From the NCBI GenBank assembly GCA_012514745.1, contig JAAYZR010000015.1, positions 7,479 to 71,478 on the forward strand: DNA of 64,000 nt. The letters run 5' to 3'. Source of the stretch: Candidatus Undivivens industriae (GTDB lineage Bacteria > Omnitrophota > Gorgyraeia > Gygaellales > Profunditerraquicolaceae). Position 1 is the stretch's first letter. Each line of letters opens with the position of its first letter. Under the pieces are notes generated by a model that was not told the DNA's origin, made no database searches, and worked only from the letters and a program-made list of their open reading frames with translations. Below are positions 57,231 through 64,000 of the stretch, piece after piece. Made by a program: the position numbers and the translations under genes.

Positions 57231-58286
57231 TCAACAGGCGAGCAGACGTTCGGCGTAATCGGCAAGGGCCGTTCGGCAGGTTTGGCGCATACGCAGTGAA
57301 TTACCTATCTTCACGGCCTTTTCGCGCAAGGCAGAAACTTCTTGTTTGACGCGTTCCAGTGCGCCGCAGCCGGCGATAATCCCGCGCATCCGTTCCAGAT
57401 CGGCGGCGGTGACCAGTCTTTTTGCCAGCACGGCCTTGATCTCGGCGCGCTGACCGGAATTCCCCATGCGATAGGCGTAATACATCAACACCGTCTTCTT
57501 GGCTTCCTGAAGGTCGCTCAAGGAAGGTTTTCCGCTTTCATCGGAGTTCGAGAACATACCGATAATATCATCCTTAATCTGAAAGGCCCTGCCGAGGCAG
57601 ATGCCGTATTCGTCAAGTTTTTTTATTTCGGACGCGGGAGCGTTAGCCAGGATGGCGCCCACGGACAACGGGCAGGAAAATGTGTAGTAAGCGGTCTTGT
57701 AATCGTAAATCTTGTATATGTCCGCGAGTTTGACACGGCTGAGTTCTTCTCCCCCCAGAAGCAGTTCAATGAATTCCCCGGCGCCGGTATAAAGCGCGGC
57801 GTCCACGAATTTGCGCAGGCCCTGTTCTTTATATTTCATATCCACCTGGACCTCCAGGAAGGCGTGAATGGCCATGGCGTAAACCACGTCGCCGGCAACG
57901 ATCGCCAGATCCTGCCCGCTGAATTTGACCTTAGAGGCGCCTCTGATACCTTTACGCAGGAGGACGTGCATCGCCGGTTTACCGCGCCGCAGGTCTGATT
58001 TATCGATGATATCATCGTGGATAAGCATGAAATCGTGCAACAGCTCGATGGAGAGAGCCGAGGTATACAACCCCGGCGCCGGTTTTCCGGCATAGCCGAG
58101 ATAGCCTATCACGAGCATTATCGGACGGATGCGCTTGCCGTCCCTGCCGATGAACTCGCTAATGGCCCGCTCAAGGGAAGGTGATACTGCTTTTAGACTG
58201 CGGAAACGCCCGCTTCTCAGGAATTTTACGAGTTCTCCGTCGATTTCTTTTTTCAGGATTTCAAACATCTCTGCCTCTTTCCGCAA
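57231..58286 (-). CDS. Polyprenyl synthetase (GGPP synthase-like, CrtE/IdsA)
   Basis: First DDxxD (LIHDDIID) and second Asp-rich motif (FQIKDDIIG). Confidence 0.85.
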   Translation of the reverse strand: MRKEAEMFEILKKEIDGELVKFLRSGRFRSLKAVSPSLERAISEFIGRDGKRIRPIMLVIGYLGYAGKPAPGLYTSALSIELLHDFMLIHDDIIDKSDLRRGKPAMHVLLRKGIRGASKVKFSGQDLAIVAGDVVYAMAIHAFLEVQVDMKYKEQGLRKFVDAALYTGAGEFIELLLGGEELSRVKLADIYKIYDYKTAYYTFSCPLSVGAILANAPASEIKKLDEYGICLGRAFQIKDDIIGMFSNSDESGKPSLSDLQEAKKTVLMYYAYRMGNSGQRAEIKAVLAKRLVTAADLERMRGIIAGCGALERVKQEVSALREKAVKIGNSLRMRQTCRTALADYAERLLAC

Positions 58287-58289
58287 TAC

Positions 58290-59204
58290 TCAATATCCGA
58301 GGTCCTTTAATATATACGGATCGTCTTGCCATCCCGCGCGGACCTTGACGTGCATCTGCAGGAAGACTTTTTTGTCCAGCAGTGTCTCCAGTTCGACGCG
58401 GGCCGTCTCCCCGGCTTTTTTCAAAACGCTGCCGCCCTTGCCGATGACTATTGACTTCTGTGAATCCCTCTCCACCAACACGACCGCGGAGATGAACATC
58501 ACTTTACCCCGCCTCTGCGCCGTCTCTTCCACATACACCGCCAGGGAATGCGGTACTTCATCTTTGAGAAGAAGGAAAAATTTCTCTCTAATGATATCGG
58601 CGATCGCCAGCTTCTGGGGAAAATCCGTAAGAACTTCCGGCGGGTAAAGCAACGGCGCTTCCGGCAGCAGTCCGAAGAGGACGTCCACCAGCTTGTCGGT
58701 ATTGATACCGGTCATCCCGGATACCGGCATAAGAACGAACCTATCCTCCGTCTCCGTCGCCGGCTTGCCGAGCGCCTTTTCCCATTCTTTGATGTAGCCG
58801 TCCATATAGGCGGCCTTGCGATCAACCTTGTTCATCGCCAGGATTACCGGAGTCTTCCTGCCGCTGAGTTTCTCTATGATCATGCCTTCTTCGCGGCCGA
58901 GCCGCTCGCAGGCGTCCACCAGATGGATTATAACGTCTGCCCCTTCAATGGCGCTGTCTATGTCGCTAAGCATGTGCCGGCCGAGTTTGTTGCGGGAAAG
59001 GTAAATCCCCGGGGTGTCGAGAAAAACGATCTGCCCGCGTTTTTCGGTGAGCACGCCGCGTACCTGGTAACGGGTCGTCTGCGGCACCGGAGAGACTATC
59101 GCCACCTTCTCCCCCAAAAGAGTATTCATCAATGTGGATTTTCCGGTGCTCGGCCTGCCGACTATGCAAACTACGCCGCAGCGTTGACCTTGTTGATCAT
59201 TCAT
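58290..59204 (-). CDS. era: GTPase Era
   Basis: G1 GRPSTGKST, G3 DTPG, G4 NKVD and a C-terminal KH domain. The start is at ATG 59204. The track ORF has a 29-aa N-terminal extension. Confidence 0.9.
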   Translation of the reverse strand: MNDQQGQRCGVVCIVGRPSTGKSTLMNTLLGEKVAIVSPVPQTTRYQVRGVLTEKRGQIVFLDTPGIYLSRNKLGRHMLSDIDSAIEGADVIIHLVDACERLGREEGMIIEKLSGRKTPVILAMNKVDRKAAYMDGYIKEWEKALGKPATETEDRFVLMPVSGMTGINTDKLVDVLFGLLPEAPLLYPPEVLTDFPQKLAIADIIREKFFLLLKDEVPHSLAVYVEETAQRRGKVMFISAVVLVERDSQKSIVIGKGGSVLKKAGETARVELETLLDKKVFLQMHVKVRAGWQDDPYILKDLGY

Positions 59205-59303
59205 AACCTGTTGAAAGATATAAGAAACGGGTTGAACAATAATATTCGCATCTCTGTCGGTGCCGTTATGATAACACAGCGGGGAAAACAAGGCAAACCT
59301 TTT

Positions 59304-59369
59304 AATTCCGGGGACACAATACTTAATTATTGTTGTCGCCTTACAATTAAGTATTGTGTCCCCGGAATT
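59304..59369. repeat. REPIN in the divergent era–mutS intergenic region
   Basis: Forward copy 59304..59328, inverted copy 59345..59369. Confidence 0.9.
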
Positions 59370-59380
59370 ACAGGTATAAA

Positions 59381-61978
59381 ATGTGGACTATGGAAAATTT
59401 GACCCCTATGCTTAAGCAATACCGGGAAATCAAGGCAAAATATCCCGATTGCATTCTTTTTTTTCGCCTTGGCGATTTCTATGAGATGTTCATGGAAGAC
59501 GCCAAAACCGCCAGCCCTATACTGGAGGTAGTCCTCACTTCCCGAGACGCCGGCAAGGCGGGCAGGATGCCGATGTGCGGGGTCCCTTATCATGCCGGGG
59601 ACAATTACGTGGCAAAATTGGTTAAAGCAGGTTTCAAAGTCGCTATATGCGAGCAGGTTGAGGACCCGGCACTCGCCAAGGGACTGGTGAAGCGCGAGGT
59701 GATCCGGGTAATTACAGCAGGCACTTTCATAGATGAAACCAGCAACGACCAGCGTTTCACCTGTTGTATATATCCTGGCACAGACGGTGTAGGCCTGGCT
59801 TTTTCTGAAGCGTCTTCAGGGGTGATCCAACTGGCGCGTTTTACCGGTAATGAAGCCGCGGTGACGGTAATGGCGAAACTACCTCTCTTGGAATGCCTTT
59901 TCCCTCAGCAGGATGAACAGCAGGTAAAAGAATTATTAGAGCACCCGCTATTGAAAAATAAAGGGCTCTCCCTCAGCCCTTATGAAAACTGGAATTTTAA
60001 CCCGGAGATCGCGGAAAAGAATTTAACCGAGCATTTCGGGACAAACAGCCTGAAAGGTTTCGGCATAGAGGAGATCTCCGCGGCGGTATCCGCGGCAGGA
60101 GCGCTTCTGGAGTATTTGAAAAGCGTGCACCGTTCTTCTTTGAAGCACATCGACCGCCTTGCGCTGTATTCCGAAACCGGCAGTGTATTCATCTCTCCCG
60201 CCGCCTGTTACGGTCTGGAACTGGAAGAGCTTTTCCAGACGCTCGACCGAACCGTCACTCCGCTCGGCAGGCGCATGTTTAAAGAGTGGCTCTACCGGCC
60301 ATTGAGCGATCTGGAAGAGATCAAAAAACGCCAGCAGGCGGTGAGCATCCTGAAGAACGATCCTATGCTGAGAGATAACCTGGGCAAGACGCTCAAGAAC
60401 ACTCCCGATATAGAAAAAAACCTTTCCCGGCTTAGCTGCGGTTCAGGAGGAGCTAAAGACCTACTGGCCCTGCGCAACGCGCTTAACCGCGTGCCGACAC
60501 TGCAATCGTTGCTCTCCGAAGCAGGCAAGGACACTGAATTACTCCGGCTCAAAGACGCCGCGCGCATAAGAGAACTGCTTGAACAAACCATCAACCCGGA
60601 GATGCCGCTTTCGCTCTCCGAGGGAAAAGTCATACGCCCGGGATACCACAGAGAGCTGGACGAATTGCGCGATCTGCAGGAAAACGGCAGACAATGGCTG
60701 CAGTCCTACCAGGCGCAGCAAGCCAAAGAAACCGGGATAAATTCCCTGAAGATAGGATTCAACAATGTGTTCGGTTATTATATCGAAGTCACGCGCGCTA
60801 ATCTGAAGAATACCCCGCCCCATTTCACGCGAAAACAGACCCTTGCCAACGCCGAGCGTTTTGTCACCGGAGAATTAAAGGAATTCGAGGAAAAGATCCT
60901 GACTGCTCAAGGAAAGATCGCGGCGATAGAACGCGAAATAGTCAACGGGCTCTGCTCCCAGGTATTGAAAGACGCGACTGCCCTGCATGAAACGGCCTCC
61001 GGCATCGCGTCTCTCGACGCCTTGTATTCGATGTCCGCTATCGCATCCCTTCCGGGATATATCATCCCGGAGGTGAACTCCGGCGAAGAGATTCACATTA
61101 AAGACGGACGCCACCCGGTAGTGGAAAAACTCACCGGCAACGCCTTTATTCCCAACGACACACTGCTCGACCGCAACGAGAACCAGCTTATAATACTCAC
61201 CGGTCCAAATATGGCCGGTAAATCCACTTATATAAGGCAGACCGCCTTGCTGGTTATTATGGCGCAGATGGGAGGAACGGTGCCGGCGGCAGAGGCGCGC
61301 ATCGGCATGGTAGATAAGATATTCACCCGCATCGGAGCGCACGATGAGATCAGCAAAGGACAGAGCACATTCATGGTGGAGATGACCGAGGCCGCCGGGA
61401 TATTGAACAATCTTTCCGAGCGCAGTCTGGTAGTTCTCGACGAAATCGGACGCGGCACAAGCACCTACGACGGGCTCAGCCTCGCCTGGGCAGTGGCGGA
61501 ATTCCTGCAGCAACGAAAAGTCAGGACGCTTTTCGCCACGCATTTCCACGAACTCACCGCGCTGGCCGAGGAATACCCTGGTGTGAAAAATTATAACGTC
61601 TCGGTAAAAGAATGGGACGACCGCATCATATTCCTGCACAAGATAATACCCGGCGGCAGCGACCAAAGCTACGGCATCTACGTGGCAAAGCTCGCCGGCA
61701 TCCCGAAGGAAGCAGTTTCCCGCGCCGGGGCGATACTGGCGAAGCTCGAGCTGCACGGCAGCCTGCAGGAAACCATCCGCCACGGCGGCAAGTCAACCGA
61801 ACGACAAATGGCGATATTCGAAAAGGAAAACAAAGAAGCACGGCGTTACGAGGAAATAGGCAGGGCGCTTGAAGAAACCGACATAGACTCCCTAACGCCC
61901 CTGGAAGCGCTGAACAAACTTCAACAGCTAAAAAGGATAGCGGAGAAAAATGGCAAAAGTTCACCAGTTACCTCCTGA
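59381..61978 (+). CDS. mutS: DNA mismatch repair protein MutS
   Basis: MENLTPMLKQYREIK…FFRLGDFYEMF (mismatch-binding Phe) and Walker A GPNMAGKST. The start is 59381 or 59390. The track start 59354 lies inside a REP. Confidence 0.9.
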   Translation: MWTMENLTPMLKQYREIKAKYPDCILFFRLGDFYEMFMEDAKTASPILEVVLTSRDAGKAGRMPMCGVPYHAGDNYVAKLVKAGFKVAICEQVEDPALAKGLVKREVIRVITAGTFIDETSNDQRFTCCIYPGTDGVGLAFSEASSGVIQLARFTGNEAAVTVMAKLPLLECLFPQQDEQQVKELLEHPLLKNKGLSLSPYENWNFNPEIAEKNLTEHFGTNSLKGFGIEEISAAVSAAGALLEYLKSVHRSSLKHIDRLALYSETGSVFISPAACYGLELEELFQTLDRTVTPLGRRMFKEWLYRPLSDLEEIKKRQQAVSILKNDPMLRDNLGKTLKNTPDIEKNLSRLSCGSGGAKDLLALRNALNRVPTLQSLLSEAGKDTELLRLKDAARIRELLEQTINPEMPLSLSEGKVIRPGYHRELDELRDLQENGRQWLQSYQAQQAKETGINSLKIGFNNVFGYYIEVTRANLKNTPPHFTRKQTLANAERFVTGELKEFEEKILTAQGKIAAIEREIVNGLCSQVLKDATALHETASGIASLDALYSMSAIASLPGYIIPEVNSGEEIHIKDGRHPVVEKLTGNAFIPNDTLLDRNENQLIILTGPNMAGKSTYIRQTALLVIMAQMGGTVPAAEARIGMVDKIFTRIGAHDEISKGQSTFMVEMTEAAGILNNLSERSLVVLDEIGRGTSTYDGLSLAWAVAEFLQQRKVRTLFATHFHELTALAEEYPGVKNYNVSVKEWDDRIIFLHKIIPGGSDQSYGIYVAKLAGIPKEAVSRAGAILAKLELHGSLQETIRHGGKSTERQMAIFEKENKEARRYEEIGRALEETDIDSLTPLEALNKLQQLKRIAEKNGKSSPVTS

Positions 61979-63779
61979 AGTAATCAGTAAAATAGCGGCC
62001 GGGGAAGTCATTGAACGCCCGGCTTCCGTGGTCAAGGAATTAATGGAGAATTCAGTGGATGCCGGCGCCGAGCGCGTCGAAGTCGAGATCAAATCCGCCG
62101 GAAAGGAACTGATCTCCGTGCGCGACGACGGATGCGGCATAGGGCCGGAAGACATGGACAACGTCTTCCAGCGGCACTCCACCAGCAAGATAGCCAAGGC
62201 CGAGGATATCTATATGGTCGGGTCTCTGGGATTCAGGGGAGAGGCCCTCTACAGCATCGCCTCGGTCTCGGACGTGCTCCTGCAAAGCCGGACAAGAGAC
62301 AACGACGCCGGATGGGAGATACACCTGCGCGGAAACAAACGCCTCAAATCGGCGCCTGCCGGGGTCTCCTACGGAACGACACTCGAAATAAGAGAGCTTT
62401 TTTTCAACACCCCGGCACGGCGCAAGTTCTTGAAGAGCGATACCACGGAAACTAACGAAATAATCGACGTTTTTATGCCTTACGCGCTGCTCTACCCCGG
62501 CAAGGAATTCAAGCTCGTATCCAACGGGAAGGTACTGCTGGAGCTCGAGAAACACGACAGCCACAGGCAAAGGATGGCGGCGGCCCTGAACCTCGAGTCT
62601 AAGAACCTCATCGAGACGGAAAAAATCTTCCCGCAGGAACGCTTGAACATACACCTTGTGCTGGGCAATATAAATCTTCAACGGAAACGGCGCGATATGC
62701 AGTTTATTTTTGTCAACGGCAGGCCGGTATCTTCGAAAGATATCTCCTTCCACGTCAACCAGGCTTATCGCCTGCTTATGCCGGACGGAGTTAACCCTAT
62801 TTTTTCAGTCCATCTGCGCCTGCCGCAGGAGAATATCGACGTTAACGTGCACCCCGCCAAACGCGAGATCAGGATCAAGGACGAACGCAACATCTTTCTG
62901 CTGCTAAGAAACTGCTGTGAGCATGCACTGATGAACATCTCGCCTGCCAGACAATTCGGACAGCAGATATCCAGTTTCCATTTCAACGGCGAACCGCCGC
63001 ATTCCCCCGGAGTAAACACTCCTCATCCGAGAGCGTCAGGAGAAAAAGAGGACAGGACCGCGGAAAGCGGGAAACCCTACCGGGTGCGGAGCGAATTCCC
63101 GTTCCCTTCCGGGGGACGTCCGCCGGCGATGGAACGCCAGAACGTGTTTTCGCAGGAGGAAAGCGCCATGCTCCTGCGCAAAGAAGAGATCGCTGCGGAG
63201 AAAAACGAAGACCTCAAGTCCACGCTCAAAAGCGCGCGCTTTATCGGTTCGCTGAAAAAGAAATATCTGTTATTCGAATCTACGGCCTCTCTCTTGCTGA
63301 TAGACCAGCACGCCGCGCAAGAAAGGATCACCTATGAAAAGCTTTCCCGTCAGATGGCAACCGGAAAAGTAGAAATACAGAACCTGCTGGCTCCGCTGAC
63401 GATACGACTCAACAAAAAAGAGATACTGGCCTGGGAGATATTGAAAGAAAAACTGGAGAAAATCGGTTTCTCAACCACGCTTTTCGACAAGGAGACCGTG
63501 GCGGTCCATTCGCATCCGGCGCTGCTCGCGCAACCCGAAGCGGCTGTGCGCGACATACTCTGCGATGAAGAATCAAAGATTTACGATACCGATATGCTGG
63601 CAAGAAGGGCATGCAGACAATCGCTTATGACGGGATACGATATGAAGGCCCAAGAAGCGGAGTATCTGGCAGAGGAACTGCTCAAATGCGCCGACCCGTT
63701 CACCTGCCCGCACGGCAGGCCTACGGTAGTGGAGATAACGATGCTTTCGCTGGATAAGAATTTCTTCCGAAGGCTGTAG
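61950..63779 (+). CDS. mutL: DNA mismatch repair protein MutL
   Basis: …ISKIAAGEVIERPASVVKELMENSVDAGA… is a GHKL ATPase. The C-terminal dimerisation domain ends FTCPHGRPT…. The stop lies inside a family-2 hairpin. Confidence 0.9.
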   Translation: MAKVHQLPPEVISKIAAGEVIERPASVVKELMENSVDAGAERVEVEIKSAGKELISVRDDGCGIGPEDMDNVFQRHSTSKIAKAEDIYMVGSLGFRGEALYSIASVSDVLLQSRTRDNDAGWEIHLRGNKRLKSAPAGVSYGTTLEIRELFFNTPARRKFLKSDTTETNEIIDVFMPYALLYPGKEFKLVSNGKVLLELEKHDSHRQRMAAALNLESKNLIETEKIFPQERLNIHLVLGNINLQRKRRDMQFIFVNGRPVSSKDISFHVNQAYRLLMPDGVNPIFSVHLRLPQENIDVNVHPAKREIRIKDERNIFLLLRNCCEHALMNISPARQFGQQISSFHFNGEPPHSPGVNTPHPRASGEKEDRTAESGKPYRVRSEFPFPSGGRPPAMERQNVFSQEESAMLLRKEEIAAEKNEDLKSTLKSARFIGSLKKKYLLFESTASLLLIDQHAAQERITYEKLSRQMATGKVEIQNLLAPLTIRLNKKEILAWEILKEKLEKIGFSTTLFDKETVAVHSHPALLAQPEAAVRDILCDEESKIYDTDMLARRACRQSLMTGYDMKAQEAEYLAEELLKCADPFTCPHGRPTVVEITMLSLDKNFFRRL

Positions 63780-63885
63780 TGCGCTGTTAAATAAGCTCTT
63801 TAGACAGCGCATTCCCCTCCTTCATCATCCCCATCGAGGAAAAGGAAGATTAGTTGAACTCTGTTGGTTCCCGTAACCGTTGCCG
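63776..63885 (+). repeat. Family-2-related rearranged element (terminal hairpin + CTGTTGGTTCCCGTAACC module) at the mutL 3′ end
   Basis: Hairpin AGTGCGCTGTTAAATAAGCTCTTTAGACAGCGCAT. …CTCTGTTGGTTCCCGTAACCG matches the core of copies A and B. Confidence 0.7.
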
Positions 63886-63908
63886 AATTAAGTATTGTGT
63901 CCCCGGAA
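63886..63908. repeat. Single inverted-orientation REP downstream of mutL
   Basis: AATTAAGTATTGTGTCCCCGGAA, adjacent to a family-2 element. Confidence 0.85.
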
Positions 63909-64000
63909 CCCGGAACCCGGCCTATCCGCACAATTCCTGCGACAGGTTCTCCACCTTGTAAGTGGGGCGTTTATAAATGGAACTCCCCGCTATCTTTAGC

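Noticed and set aside
60875-61783. 302-aa minus-strand ORF
   Set aside because: It is antisense to mutS.

Overview
This 64 kb window is a gene-dense, roughly 58 % GC segment of a diderm (LPS-making) bacterium that is probably anaerobic, and nearly all of it is transcribed on the minus strand. Its most interesting content is a set of interspersed intergenic repeats, including a resident REP transposase, and two tandem-repeat arrays. No CRISPR array, prophage, toxin-antitoxin or recognisable defence island is present.

**Minus-strand gene order by coordinate, low to high (transcription runs the other way)**
- dcw cell-wall cluster: ftsW, murD, mraY, murF, murE, ftsI, ftsL, rsmH, mraZ.
- Housekeeping block: ribF, nrnA, rbfA, cca, a xerC/D-family recombinase, an MBL hydrolase, ligA and acyP.
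- LPS/outer-membrane cluster: lpxI, lpxA, an lpxC–fabZ fusion, lpxD, skp and bamA.
- Ribosomal and replication block: dnaB, rplI, rpsR, ssb, rpsF, pth, ctc, prs, glmU, tRNA-Gln, spoVG and ispE.
- Central metabolism: a split transketolase, hisG, and a porCDAB pyruvate:ferredoxin oxidoreductase operon with rubrerythrin-like and ferredoxin genes.
- Sugar-nucleotide and carotenoid genes: ugd and galE, then a carotenoid cluster (crtI, crtB, crtYd/Yc, crtE-like), followed by era.

mutS and mutL lie on the plus strand at the right-hand end.

**Structure beyond the genes**
- The main finding is a REP/RAYT system. A REP-associated tyrosine transposase gene (20453..21115, +) sits next to a tRNA-Arg. Fifteen copies of a 25-bp REP, AATTCCGGGGACACAATACTTAATT, are spread across the window, mostly as inverted pairs (REPINs) at gene boundaries. 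Some copies supply stop codons or C-terminal residues of essential genes such as murF, dnaB and the rubrerythrin-like gene.
- A second, unrelated family of mosaic intergenic elements of about 135 bp ends in an 11-bp-stem hairpin, GTGCGCTGTT…AACAGCGCAC, and has at least six full or partial copies.
- A short 28-bp module and two tandem-repeat arrays are also present: 4×46 bp abutting the 5′ end of tRNA-Arg, and about 3×82 bp apparently expanded inside a copy of a repeat element upstream of the por operon.
- The mraZ promoter carries four GTGG direct repeats at exact 10-bp phasing, consistent with an MraZ operator.

Many long plus-strand ORFs in the supplied track are antisense shadows of real genes. 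Several track ORFs that begin 'MCPRN…' or 'MRCLK…' are repeat-generated artefacts.
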